A DNA stretch of 64,000 bases from Nitrososphaeraceae archaeon (GCA_036376955.1 DASUZI010000254.1:1792-65791); one strand, 5' to 3'. Positions 40,942-51,258 are shown, counted from the stretch's first letter. Notes: a model not told the origin generated them from the sequence alone. Program-made: numbers and translations.

Positions 40942-41350
40942 TAAAACGTATTCTAATTTCTTTAAGATGGTCTAAATTATCAAATATGAACGCTTTAAAG
41001 CTATTCAAAGAAGTAGAGTAAATTATCCAAATAATAGGATTGAGTAACATAAAAATTTGGTCAGTTTCGGAAGGAAGAGGATTAGATGGATGTGAATGAA
41101 AAATTGAAATAACATCTAGCTCCAGTACTCTAGCTTTATTATATGCATTATATAGATCATCAGGAGTAATATTAAATGCAACCGAAGAATGTAATGAGTT
41201 ATTCATTGGTAAAATAGATTTAACAATAGATTTGGTATAAGCCCTTTTTCCTAACAATAATGCGCAAGATTCATTTGGTAACGAATTAATGGCTAATTTT
41301 GTGAGTAAATTCAAATGACTCTTATTTAAAAATATTAATTCCTTATTCAT
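40931..41350 (-). CDS. JAMM/MPN+ metalloprotease
   Basis: PNESCALLLG; FHSHPSNPLPSETD. Confidence 0.9.
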   Translation of the reverse strand: MNKELIFLNKSHLNLLTKLAINSLPNESCALLLGKRAYTKSIVKSILPMNNSLHSSVAFNITPDDLYNAYNKARVLELDVISIFHSHPSNPLPSETDQIFMLLNPIIWIIYSTSLNSFKAFIFDNLDHLKEIRIRFIKD

Positions 41351-41446
41351 TAGATTGAGAACACAAGTGTCCTTTATATTTATAGAAAAAATGTAACTTA
41401 TGATACATTTCTATAATAATTTAAATCTTATCGCAAATAAAAAAAG

Positions 41447-42259
41447 TTATTCTAATTGGAATTTTCCTTTCATATAGGGATGTATCGTACAAAAATAGTC
41501 GTATTCTTTCTCTTTAAGATCTGAAAGTAAAAGAGTATAATTAGCATTTCCCATTATTATCGATGAGTCAAATGATTTCCCATCATCCTTTAAACTCGTT
41601 ACTGTATGAGGTACATTGTCTTGATTTATCCAATTAATACCCACAGAATCTTTCTTTACTACTAACATATCAGGATCAAAATCTGGATTCCCTTGGGCTG
41701 AGGAACCAGCAAGAATATCTACTTTAGCTAGTTTAGTTATGTCGATTTCAGCGACCGGTTTTAATTCAGCTGTTGTAAGATCCTTTGTTTCTTGTGACTC
41801 AGCTTCGGGATTCTGGAGCTGATTTCCAACCGTCGAAAACGAAACAATACCAATTATAACAGCAACAACAAATGAGCCAAGATAAAGTTTCACTTTTGAA
41901 CTATTTCTATATATTCCAAGAATTACTGCAACAGCGGTTACCGAAACAAGTACTAGGACCCCAATGTAAACAAATATTGTAGGTGTCTGTCCACTTGAAT
42001 ATACAGCTCCAACTAATCCTATAATAACTAGGATTCCTAACGTTATAAATGATCCTAGTTTAGCTTTCCTAGAAGAAGGGAACCCATCCTTAAAAATACC
42101 CGGAGTTAAAAATATCAGACCAATTAAAAGCGTCAGAAGCGAAACAGCATGCATCCCATCCAGGAATGTTTTTGCAATACCAGATAGCGAGACGAATACA
42201 CCTACAATTCCTATAGAAGTTAATCCTATGCCTGGCGTTAACAAATCCCAATCTGCCAT
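41447..42259 (-). CDS. Multi-pass membrane protein with C-terminal blue (type 1) copper domain
   Basis: About five TM helices, then WINQDNVPHTVTS and YFCTIHPYMKG (H, C, H, M ligands). Confidence 0.88.
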   Translation of the reverse strand: MADWDLLTPGIGLTSIGIVGVFVSLSGIAKTFLDGMHAVSLLTLLIGLIFLTPGIFKDGFPSSRKAKLGSFITLGILVIIGLVGAVYSSGQTPTIFVYIGVLVLVSVTAVAVILGIYRNSSKVKLYLGSFVVAVIIGIVSFSTVGNQLQNPEAESQETKDLTTAELKPVAEIDITKLAKVDILAGSSAQGNPDFDPDMLVVKKDSVGINWINQDNVPHTVTSLKDDGKSFDSSIIMGNANYTLLLSDLKEKEYDYFCTIHPYMKGKFQLE

Positions 42260-42406
42260 GCTTTGTAATTTGGAGAATTATGCTATAATTTTAACCTTTT
42301 CAACAAATGGTAAATTTAGAATTTTCTTAGAAATGAAACAGGTAGCAACGTCATAACGAATAAAATAAATCCAAGATATGTAAATCAGTTTTGGAGATCC
42401 AATGCA

Positions 42407-43294
42407 GTGGATATAAAATCATATATTGAAGTTTCAAAACCTCGTATTGTAGTAGTACTGGTAATAACAGCAATAACTTCTTTGCTAGGTGCAACTAGAT
42501 TCGATAGTACCCCTAATATTCCTTGGGATGTTTCTTTCTGGCAAGTGGGTTTTTTAGTTCTGGCTGGTGCCCTTGCTTCCATGGGTTCCAGTGCATTAAA
42601 CCATTACTATGATAGAGACATAGACAAGTCTATGGTACGAACATCAACGAGGCCAATTCCCTCAGGTAAATTATCTGCGAAGACTGTTTTAATTTATGGC
42701 CTTTCTGTTAGTATAATTTCGGTGGTAATTGCTTGGTTAGCTTTAAATCCTGTAGCTACCTTTATGATTGCCTTAGGAATATTTTTTTATGTTGTAATAT
42801 ATACAATGTGGCTAAAGAGGTCAAATTCTGCTAATATTATAATTGGAGGATTTGCTGGAAGTGCCGCGTCCATGGCAGGATGGGCTACCACCACTGGATC
42901 AATTGATTTAACAGGATTCTTGGTCGGTTGGCTTGTCTTCATGTGGACTCCTCCTCATTTCTGGTGTCTTGCAATAAAAAAAAGAGAAGAGTATGCAAGT
43001 GTCAAGGTTCCTATGTTACCAGTGTTGATAGGCAATGAAAGAACTGCCAAATATATCTTTATTAACACTGCTATATTACTTCCATTTTCTATTTCCCTAT
43101 ACTTTTTTGGTCTAGGTCTTTTATATACTGCTATAGCCTTAGTTTCAGGAACTATGATGCTCATTTATCATTATAAACTGACTAAAAATCCTACTCCAGA
43201 ATTTGCATGGAAAGCATATAAAGTCACTGCGCCATATCTTGTTATAATTTTTATTGGAGTGGCTATAGATGCACTTTTCTACTATAGGATTTGA
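42407..43294 (+). CDS. cyoE: Protoheme IX prenyltransferase (heme o synthase)
   Basis: KPRI, NHYYDRDIDKSMVRTSTRPIP, YTMWLKR, WTPPHFW. Confidence 0.93.
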   Translation: MDIKSYIEVSKPRIVVVLVITAITSLLGATRFDSTPNIPWDVSFWQVGFLVLAGALASMGSSALNHYYDRDIDKSMVRTSTRPIPSGKLSAKTVLIYGLSVSIISVVIAWLALNPVATFMIALGIFFYVVIYTMWLKRSNSANIIIGGFAGSAASMAGWATTTGSIDLTGFLVGWLVFMWTPPHFWCLAIKKREEYASVKVPMLPVLIGNERTAKYIFINTAILLPFSISLYFFGLGLLYTAIALVSGTMMLIYHYKLTKNPTPEFAWKAYKVTAPYLVIIFIGVAIDALFYYRI

Positions 43295-43327
43295 TAGAGT
43301 AATCAGAAGTAGCTATTTACCAGTCAA

Positions 43328-43543
43328 TTATTTTATCAATTCTATTCGTCGCTTGTCTTTCGAGATCCATGAGACCCGCAAAAGCCCATATATTTCGAGA
43401 TCCAATAATATTTTGTTAATTTCAGCAAGGTCCAATTCAATCCCTTCTTTGGATAGGAGTGAACTTAACTCTGAATCAGTTAAAGTGTTGGATTGCTTTA
43501 TTTTTTCATAAACAATGTTTCTTATTGGATATCTCATACACAA
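43328..43543 (-). CDS. Small winged-helix-like hypothetical protein
   Basis: LTDSEL...INKILLDLEIYGLLRVSWISKDKRRI. Confidence 0.7.
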   Translation of the reverse strand: MCMRYPIRNIVYEKIKQSNTLTDSELSSLLSKEGIELDLAEINKILLDLEIYGLLRVSWISKDKRRIELIK

Positions 43544-43598
43544 ATAAAACTTCGCTGTAGCAATTATATTAAAATATCTCTAGGATTAAAATAAGTAG

Positions 43599-43880
43599 TT
43601 ACTTTATATTTACTGATTTTCTGCTTATATTCATTACTTGAATTTCACTAACTCCCTCAGTTTTTTTAATATAATCTTCTAAGGAATCCATTTGGCCCTC
43701 TTCGTCGTTTAAACTAAAATCACATATCAAAGAATTTAGTCCAAAAGCAATTGGTTCTTTTCCATATCTTTCTATCCCCATCCCAGTCGGTATACTAGAC
43801 TTCAATTTGGTAATTACCTCATCAAGATCTGTTTCTGCTTCTAACGGAAGAATTTTAATTCGAGCAACTAGTCGTGACAA
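43599..43880 (-). CDS. ef1b: Elongation factor 1-beta
   Basis: LVARIKILP, EPIAFGLNSL. The real start is probably TTG at 43880, because the track's longer version overlaps the Zn-ribbon gene. Confidence 0.9.
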   Translation of the reverse strand: MSRLVARIKILPLEAETDLDEVITKLKSSIPTGMGIERYGKEPIAFGLNSLICDFSLNDEEGQMDSLEDYIKKTEGVSEIQVMNISRKSVNIK

Positions 43881-43881
43881 T

Positions 43882-44058
43882 TTATGGACCTTCAAAACTA
43901 CAGTTAACACATTTATACAATCTGGCGAATTCTCTACAGCTTTGACATCTCCATAGTAGTACATAACCACAATTAGGACAATAAAATTTTACACATTCAT
44001 CGTTTGGCATAATAGGTCTATTACATGATGAACAAACAGGCAATTGCAACGTTGACAT
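43882..44058 (-). CDS. Zn-ribbon protein (DUF1610/HVO_2753-like, 58 aa, not in ORF track)
   Basis: Hand translation MSTLQLPVCSSCNRPIMPNDECVKFYCPNCGYVLLWRCQSCREFARLYKCVNCSFEGP*; four CxxC motifs; usual position before EF-1beta. Confidence 0.9.
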   Translation of the reverse strand: MSTLQLPVCSSCNRPIMPNDECVKFYCPNCGYVLLWRCQSCREFARLYKCVNCSFEGP

Positions 44059-44097
44059 TTTAAATCTATTGGAAAAATAACCGAATTTATATTTTGC

Positions 44098-45261
44098 TTA
44101 ATTTAGAAGGTGTCTAAATTCATTCCCTAATAGAGTACTTATCAATTTGATAGCCTTTTTTGATCCCAAAATCTTTGATAAAGCAAAGCTATGAAAATCA
44201 AAATTTGCTGACCTTGATATTTCTAAAATATCAGAATCAGAAATGATAGAAAATATTGCATCAATTGACTTGTTGTCCAATCTTTCCATTATCCTTCTAA
44301 AAAAAAGCATTCTTTGAAACTCTTTTCCGAATATTGAAAACCATTCCTTCTCATAATCAATACCCAACGACTTAATCACGGGTTTTTTATTCAGTGCAAT
44401 ATGATTACCACCCAAAATTCCACCCATTCCGCAAGAAAAAATACCACCAGCAGTTGTAGGTTTTGTCTGGCCTGCTGCATCTCCAACAATTACTGTATTT
44501 TCAAATACAAATTTTTTTAATGGGCCGCCTATCCAAACTGGCGCATAAATTTTACGTATTATAGAATATTTAGCACCAAAGCTCTCGATAAAAGATTCAA
44601 GAGTTTGTAAGGGGTTTATTTTTCTCCCTGCTACTCCAAACTTGCCTTTGCCATTACCACTAGGAATTATCCACGCAAAGAAATCTGGATACTTTTCCTT
44701 ATCAAATTTCACTAGTATCTCGTCTGGACGTATCCAATCTGCATAAATTTCATATTGTGCCGACTGCAATACACCATCTCTATTATGATTATTAATAAGA
44801 GAAGTAATACCCCTTGCATCAATAAAAAACTGGGAATAATAAATATTATCTTTAGTTTTGATTTTGAACTCTTTTTTAGAGCTATCATAATTCACTGACA
44901 TCACTAGGCTTCGAGTTCTTATCTCACTCCCTAATTTTTGAGCCTGAAATGCAACTTGTTTATCAAGTTCCCTTCTGTCTAAAACTATTATTTTTTCTCT
45001 ATTTGTACAGACTTCAAATCCTTGGTTAGATGAGACAATTTTTGCTTTATTTACCTCAGTTAAAATTGCCTTACTCGAAGGAATTATTCCTAATTGTTTT
45101 AATCCATCAAGACTAACTAAACCTCCACAATGTTCTGGAGTGCCAACTTCATAATCTTCTTCTAATACTGCAACAGAAAGACCAGATTTTGAAATTTCCC
45201 TAGCGCATAATAATCCAGAAATACTACCACCTACAACAATGGAATCAAATTTTTTTTCCAT
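44098..45261 (-). CDS. Geranylgeranyl reductase-family FAD oxidoreductase
   Basis: VVGGSISG, PEHCGG, FAWIIP, VGDAAGQTKPTTAGGI. Confidence 0.85.
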   Translation of the reverse strand: MEKKFDSIVVGGSISGLLCAREISKSGLSVAVLEEDYEVGTPEHCGGLVSLDGLKQLGIIPSSKAILTEVNKAKIVSSNQGFEVCTNREKIIVLDRRELDKQVAFQAQKLGSEIRTRSLVMSVNYDSSKKEFKIKTKDNIYYSQFFIDARGITSLINNHNRDGVLQSAQYEIYADWIRPDEILVKFDKEKYPDFFAWIIPSGNGKGKFGVAGRKINPLQTLESFIESFGAKYSIIRKIYAPVWIGGPLKKFVFENTVIVGDAAGQTKPTTAGGIFSCGMGGILGGNHIALNKKPVIKSLGIDYEKEWFSIFGKEFQRMLFFRRIMERLDNKSIDAIFSIISDSDILEISRSANFDFHSFALSKILGSKKAIKLISTLLGNEFRHLLN

Positions 45262-45306
45262 AATAATATAAATTATTTTAATACAAATAATTAAAATGTA
45301 TTTTTA

Positions 45307-45660
45307 ATGGAATTAAAACAAGTCATAATAGTAAGAAAAGATTTGAAAATGGGTAGTGGGAAGTTGGCCGCACAGGTTGCCCATGCCGCTATATTATCTA
45401 GCGAAAGAGCACGAAATAGGAATATGGAATGGTTTAAGGTATGGTTTGAAGGGGGACAACCCAAAATAGTTTTAAAAGTTAACTCCTTAGAGGATTTAGA
45501 GAAACTAAATAAGTTAGGACAATTTAATAATCTACCGACTGCTATTGTTAGAGATGCTGGATTAACCCAATTAGAGGCTGGGACTGCCACTTGTGTTGGT
45601 ATTGGTCCTGCACCAGATTATTTAATTGATAAGATTACCGGGGGATTGAAACTACTTTAA
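45307..45660 (+). CDS. pth2: Peptidyl-tRNA hydrolase 2
   Basis: KQVIIVRKDLKMGSGKLAAQVAHAA, GQPKIVLK, DAGLTQ, GIGP. Confidence 0.96.
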   Translation: MELKQVIIVRKDLKMGSGKLAAQVAHAAILSSERARNRNMEWFKVWFEGGQPKIVLKVNSLEDLEKLNKLGQFNNLPTAIVRDAGLTQLEAGTATCVGIGPAPDYLIDKITGGLKLL

Positions 45661-45824
45661 TAAATCATTTGTTAATATATCTATATAGTTAAATGTATAT
45701 TAGTATAAGATATTTTATTATTATACCTAATCCTCACATAATAATAAATTTAACGCTTATTAGTTAGTTAAAAATTATTAACACAAATATTTATTTTCAT
45801 TCCCACATTATAAATTACTACTAT

Positions 45825-46208
45825 TTGCGCAAGAGAAAAAAAAATTCCATTCATAATTCCCAGATTACTTTAGATGAATTTTTAATTAAAAAATTTAAAG
45901 AAAAGATAGATAAAGTACTTCTAATTAGCAATAAGAATAATTATCCTATTGTCTTGTATCGAAGAACTATTGAAGAAAATGAAGTAAGCATTGAGGAAGA
46001 AATAGCTACTGTTTCAGAAAAATATGTAGTAGTTCAAATTTTTACTCATGGTGGGTATCTACCTGTGTTATTTAGAGAACAACATATCTTTACTTCTGAT
46101 GAGTTTCCTTATTGGATTATCAAAAGAAGCCGTAATATGGTATTACACTGCTTGGAAAATATCGATGAATTTATAACTAATTATAACAATGGGGATTTTG
46201 ACCTTTGA
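45825..46208 (+). CDS. Hypothetical protein
   Basis: 127-aa ORF with TTG start. Confidence 0.55.
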   Translation: MRKRKKNSIHNSQITLDEFLIKKFKEKIDKVLLISNKNNYPIVLYRRTIEENEVSIEEEIATVSEKYVVVQIFTHGGYLPVLFREQHIFTSDEFPYWIIKRSRNMVLHCLENIDEFITNYNNGDFDL

Positions 46209-46319
46209 ATAAGACAAAGAAATTAATCGATATTACTTATAATAATTATTTTAGTAGTTAACGAAAGTTTTATAGCTATGAATGTCTTGTTTTAATAACT
46301 TGTAAATTTATGATAATTA

Positions 46320-46900
46320 GAATCTACAGTTATTTTTATATACCCGTTGTTTTTGATTTATTAGTTTCAAGGATAAGGAAAACCTAATGCCAATTGAACA
46401 TCATATAGTAAGATGTTGTGTTACTTTTTGAAATCGGATACGAATGGGAGCATCCATTTCATTCTCCCAAGAGAATGATAAGAGTTTCTGCATCGATAAT
46501 CGATGAGATTATTGTTCAGATTGGCAATAATAATAAAGGGTTTGGAGCTGCATTGAGCCAGTTGAACTAGTAAACCGAGACTTTGCTTTGTATTCATGTT
46601 TTCTATTATACTAAAAGATTATTATGTCATATTTGTTTGGAATCTTTAGTTAAAAATATTGTCTACATATTCAGACTATAAACATAGTATCCAGAAGCAT
46701 GTCATTTCCTTGATTTAAAACATAGCCTGATTTCACCATTGGAAAAGAGTTTGATAGAAAGAATGAGGTAGTGCTTTAATGACAAAACTCAATCTTGACG
46801 GTTAATATTCTTACAATGATAATAATAAACAGAAATTGTGATCTTCTTCATAGATGTAAGAGGATAAGATATTTATATATGCAAATAATACTTTTTTTTA
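46320..46900 (+). pseudogene. Decayed IS6-family-like DDE transposase
   Basis: Frameshifted fragments RVSASIIDEIIVQIGNN (from 46481), WSCIEPV, T*YPEACHFLDLKHSLISPLEKSLIERMR*CFNDKTQ (about 46682-46792) and CDLLH. Boundaries approximate. Confidence 0.7.
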
Positions 46901-47902
46901 AACAAAACGTCATTTCTCGTGAAAGGAGTAAGTTCTTCAGGTTAATTAAATAATAATAAATCAGCCTCAATTCCTTAATTATATCTTATATTCTGTAATT
47001 TTACTGGTTAAATCCAGATAAGTATACTAATAGTTTCAATGTTACATTGATAGTGTTTGGATAGTGATGATGGTTATGAAAGACATATTGTTTGATAGTG
47101 ATTGTAAGAAATGATAGCAATTGTCGTTTGATCGACAATAAATATAGTGATTGTCAAGACCGTTGAGAGATATTTTATTCTTTTTTCAGCCCTTTTACTA
47201 AAGATTTTTATTATGTTTAAAAGAAAAACATATTAGCTAAAACCAACATTCCACTATTGACAAATATTTTTCCTAAATAATTAAACCAAGGTAGTGTTTC
47301 TTGATTATGGTGTAACTTTTACAAACCTGACAATTATAGTTGGAAATCTAAATCGACTCAATCATACCAATTTAGCTACTTTTTGTTCTATATCACACCA
47401 TTAGGTAATGCAATAATCCTAATTATATGATCTTACTAACCCAGATACATCAATGAGATCGTCTCCCCTCAACCATTGCTATTATCAGGTCTAAATTTAA
47501 CCCTCGTTGTTCCCTTTTTTTCTATGACAAAATTCTATCTTCAATTTTAATCAATCAATATAACTTTTGATACGATGAAATATTTCACTAAGGTTTTTCA
47601 TAAAAACATTTTAAAAGTTAAAAGTTATTGGATTATAAAAACAGGCTTACTTTATTTCTTTTATTTGTCTAGCATCACTTAATAAAGAATTAATCCAGAT
47701 ATAATACGATGAAGTGTTAATAATAGTATTAAATCAAAATCATTATTATTAATCGCAATCAATAATTTCATTAACTGTATTTTTGCCTACTAGAAATATA
47801 TAAAAAATTTTTTAGAATCCTACTTTTCAATTAGAAATTACAATAAGCTGTATTAAGAGAGGGATAGAGTATTAACTTTATATTAGAAGAATATACGTTT
47901 TA

Positions 47903-49108
47903 TCAATTTAAAATGAATAATCCTGGCATCTTATCTCCAGCTAAATACCTTAATGTAGCGCCTCCTCCCGTGGAAACATGACTTACCTCATTTTCAGACA
48001 CACCTGCCTTTTTCATTCCTTCCATTGTATCTCCTCCGCCAATAAGAGTTGTCGAACCACGCCAATATGCAAGTGCCATACTTTTAGCAATATTTATAGT
48101 TCCATTAGAAAAAACATCCTTTTCAAATAATCCCATTGGTCCATTCCAAAATACTGTACCTTTTGTTTTCGAGCCAAGTTGAGCAGAAAAAGTTCGTATT
48201 GTATTAATTCCAATATCAAAACCGCTCATTCCATCTGGGATGTTTTCCATGCAATATATAGGCGTAGTATTTTCTGGGTTGGAAGATACAAGATGATCTG
48301 AAGGTAAAAGAATTTTATCACCGTATTTTTTTAGTGATTGGTCAACCCATTTCAGATGATCATAATCGATAATGGAATTTCCAATTTTTAATCCTTTTGA
48401 TTTTAAAAAAGTATAGGCAGCAGCACCGCCTATCAAGACCTTGTCTGCTTTTGGTAATAAGTTTTCTAATGCTCCTATTTTGTCTTTGATTTTCACTCCT
48501 CCAATAACTATAGTGAATGGCCTCATTGGATTTTCCTTTATCATGGTCAAATATTCAATCTCCTTTTTTAAATTAAATCCACCTAATTTAATATCAAAGA
48601 GTGTAGCTGCGCCATAAGTTGAAGAATGCTTTCTGTGGGATGTACTAAATGCATCATTGATATACAAATCTGCAAAAGAGGCGAGTTTTTTTGAGAATTC
48701 AGGATCATTAAGTTCTTCTTCTTTATAAAACCGAAGATTCTCTAATAATATTACACCGTCACATGGAAGATTTTTAATTTCATTTTCTACTTCAACACCT
48801 ATTGAATTATTTACAAATCTAACTTGCCTTTTAGAAAGAATTTCTGATAATCTATGAGCTACCGGTTTTAGAGAATATTTCGTATGATGATCTAAAGGCC
48901 TTCCCAAGTGAGATGCTAAAATAACTTTGCAATTTCTTTTTGTAAGGTATTCTATTGTTGGAAGGGACATTCGAATTCGATAATCCTCTCCAATATGCCC
49001 ATTTCTTATACTGACATTGAAATCTACCCTTACAAGAGCTATTTTTCCTTCATATTCTTTATCGTCTAAATCCTGTAGAAATCTCATGTTAGTCATATAA
49101 GAAAACAT
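47903..49108 (-). CDS. pgk: Phosphoglycerate kinase
   Basis: RVDFNV, ASHLGRP, LLENLRF, NDAFSTSHR, WNGPMGLFE, GGGDT, HVSTGGGA. Confidence 0.96.
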   Translation of the reverse strand: MFSYMTNMRFLQDLDDKEYEGKIALVRVDFNVSIRNGHIGEDYRIRMSLPTIEYLTKRNCKVILASHLGRPLDHHTKYSLKPVAHRLSEILSKRQVRFVNNSIGVEVENEIKNLPCDGVILLENLRFYKEEELNDPEFSKKLASFADLYINDAFSTSHRKHSSTYGAATLFDIKLGGFNLKKEIEYLTMIKENPMRPFTIVIGGVKIKDKIGALENLLPKADKVLIGGAAAYTFLKSKGLKIGNSIIDYDHLKWVDQSLKKYGDKILLPSDHLVSSNPENTTPIYCMENIPDGMSGFDIGINTIRTFSAQLGSKTKGTVFWNGPMGLFEKDVFSNGTINIAKSMALAYWRGSTTLIGGGDTMEGMKKAGVSENEVSHVSTGGGATLRYLAGDKMPGLFILN

Positions 49109-49506
49109 CTCTGATACAATAAAGGTTATGATAATTAAATTAAGGATTAATAGAAGGAAAAATCTTCAATTATCTATCATTTTCTTCATGATTATAACCT
49201 AAAAAGATGGAGCTATGTTATAACCTTAGAATTATGAGTCAGTAAAAGCACTTCAATTTCTAATCTATATCTACTCTAGAGGAGAGTCCTTTTTTATTAT
49301 AAAAGTAATTTATTTAAATGTCGAACTAATTAATTATTATAATTCGATTATTTTAGTAGTGATTAAATATTTTTTAGGCATATACTAATTTCAGTATATC
49401 CTATCATTGCCAATATCTGGGATAATTAAATTTATAAAAAATAATTGATATTTCTCTAAAAAAGATAAATTTAGACTTGATTTTTGATGAAAATACTAAG
49501 TTAGAA

Positions 49507-50001
49507 TTATTTTAAACTGGTTACACGAATTTCAGTAGGGCATCCTATTTTGCTAGATGCTATTTTGAACCCTTCTTTTGCTAATGAAAGATTAGTTGAA
49601 AGAACATAGGCTTCAATAACTGTTTGGCCTGGTTTAAGACGGGCGGCTAAACCTGTTGCTTTCCCAAACGCCCTTCTCATACCTTCTTGAAGTCGGTCTG
49701 CACCTGCTGTAGCAATCATTTTATTTTCTCTTAGAAGAACGTGAGGATATACTTTTAATTTAGAAAAGAACGTAGCCTCTCCTGCTTGTGACATTCTTTT
49801 GTTGGCAGCTAAGCGAGCTGCTTCTAAGGCATTATGTCGAATTTGTATGTTTTCAGTCACTAATAATTCTAATTTAAAATCATAATTATTGCTAGCCTGT
49901 CCTGAGGAAAACTTTGCGATTTTAGACTGTGGCTTACCAGCAATATATTCCCTTCGAACATATGGCATTCCACGGGGTTCCCTATAATTAGCTCCTTTCA
50001 T
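49507..50001 (-). CDS. rpl10e: 50S ribosomal protein L10e (uL16)
   Basis: QIRHNALEAAR, YPHVLLRENKM...AGADRLQEGMRRAFGK. Confidence 0.96.
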   Translation of the reverse strand: MKGANYREPRGMPYVRREYIAGKPQSKIAKFSSGQASNNYDFKLELLVTENIQIRHNALEAARLAANKRMSQAGEATFFSKLKVYPHVLLRENKMIATAGADRLQEGMRRAFGKATGLAARLKPGQTVIEAYVLSTNLSLAKEGFKIASSKIGCPTEIRVTSLK

Positions 50002-50072
50002 CTTTTAGATCACGAATCTTTTTATACTTAAAATAAACTTTGATTTATTCGTTTACGTTAGAGGATAATAGG

Positions 50073-50666
50073 ATGTCAAATGAAATTGAGTCAGAATTCG
50101 CTTTCATTATAGAGGGTATTATCGATCGCAATGGTGCAGTTGTGATTGAATCGGTAAAACAACAGGACCAACTAAGAAATAAAGGGTATGGAGTCAAAAT
50201 TCAAGAAAAGTTTATCTTAGAAAGTTACGAATCTCTATTTTTATTATATTCAAAAAGACTAGTTTTAAAAAAGAAGAAGAAAATAATTGACTTTTCCAAT
50301 TTTCTTCAGACATTATTGAAAAAAGATTTATCCATTTTTACTAAATTTTTAATATTCAGAGATCTTAGAACACGAGGATATATCGCTAAAGAAGGTTTCG
50401 GATTTGGGAATGATTTTCGTGTTTATGAAAGAGGAGAATATTCTAGAAAACCAGCCAAGTATATAATTTTTGGAATTAATGAAGGCATTAGTATTAAGGC
50501 AAATTTGTTATACGAAAATATTCGTTCAATAGAAAAAATGGGAAAAGTAGCAATTATAGCAGTAATTGAGAGAAGAGGAGAGATAATTTATTATAAAGTA
50601 AATCTAAAAAAATTTATAAAAAATATTAGGGCACCTCTAGAAAAAATTGCAGAATTAAATTCATGA
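50073..50666 (+). CDS. endA: tRNA splicing endonuclease subunit (probably the structural subunit)
   Basis: GYG, YESLFL, FLIFRDLRTRGYIAKEGFGFGNDFRVY, IIYY; no His after the catalytic Tyr region; ATG at 50073. Confidence 0.82.
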   Translation: MSNEIESEFAFIIEGIIDRNGAVVIESVKQQDQLRNKGYGVKIQEKFILESYESLFLLYSKRLVLKKKKKIIDFSNFLQTLLKKDLSIFTKFLIFRDLRTRGYIAKEGFGFGNDFRVYERGEYSRKPAKYIIFGINEGISIKANLLYENIRSIEKMGKVAIIAVIERRGEIIYYKVNLKKFIKNIRAPLEKIAELNS

Positions 50667-50803
50667 GGGACCTAGTAATATTTATGTATATAACAAATTA
50701 AACTATAATTCTATAAAATGATGATGTGTTTGATAGTCCCCCTATTATCATGGGAACATGTAAAATGAAGAAAAATACCGGACTACTGAATTTTATAGAA
50801 AAG

Positions 50804-50879
50804 TGCTCCGACCGGGATTTGAACCCGGGATCGTCGCCTTGAGAGGGCGAAATGCTTAACCGGACTACACCATCGGAGC
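50804..50879 (-). tRNA. tRNA-Glu(CTC)
   Basis: Reverse complement GCTCCGATGGTGTAGTCCGGTTAAGCATTTCGCCCTCTCAAGGCGACGATCCCGGGTTCAAATCCCGGTCGGAGCA. Confidence 0.95.
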
Positions 50880-51015
50880 TTGTTAATTGTATAATTTTTA
50901 ACGTTATAAAAGCTCTATTACTAGCTGAATTTAAATAAAGTTCTATAATTGAACCTAGAGTTATTTATATTACTTTAAACCCCTACTAAAACGAAAAGAT
51001 TAATGATCGCTCAAA

Positions 51016-51258
51016 CTATGCAGTTATAACTGGAGCTGTTAATGGTTCTATGGTCTTTTTAGTTCTGGCACGTAATTTAGCTTTATATTTTAAATTACGT
51101 GGTTTTGTTCTTAATCTATATCCGCAACAGGGACACCATAAACCGTCCCATTTTATAAATATTTCACATATTTGACAACGCTTTTGGCCGCTAGCATATC
51201 TCCCAGATCCTACAGGTTTTTGTGCTTTATGCCTTATGCAAATACCTTTACAAGTCAT
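51016..51258 (-). CDS. Small basic zinc-finger protein
   Basis: MTCKGIC..., RCQICE...CPCCGYRLRTKPR. Confidence 0.8.
   Translation of the reverse strand: MTCKGICIRHKAQKPVGSGRYASGQKRCQICEIFIKWDGLWCPCCGYRLRTKPRNLKYKAKLRARTKKTIEPLTAPVITA

Noticed and set aside
43881-43970. N-terminal extension of EF-1beta in the track
   Set aside because: Overlaps the Zn-ribbon gene in another frame.
47045-47160. Possible CRISPR array or ORB-type replication origin
   Set aside because: Repeats are under 13 bp, degenerate and irregularly spaced; no cas or cdc6 gene is nearby and no ORB consensus was seen.
50777-50868. ACCGGACTAC duplicated just downstream of tRNA-Glu and within its D-arm, as a possible att site
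   Set aside because: Only 10 bp, not from the tRNA 3' end, and no integrase or cargo is present.
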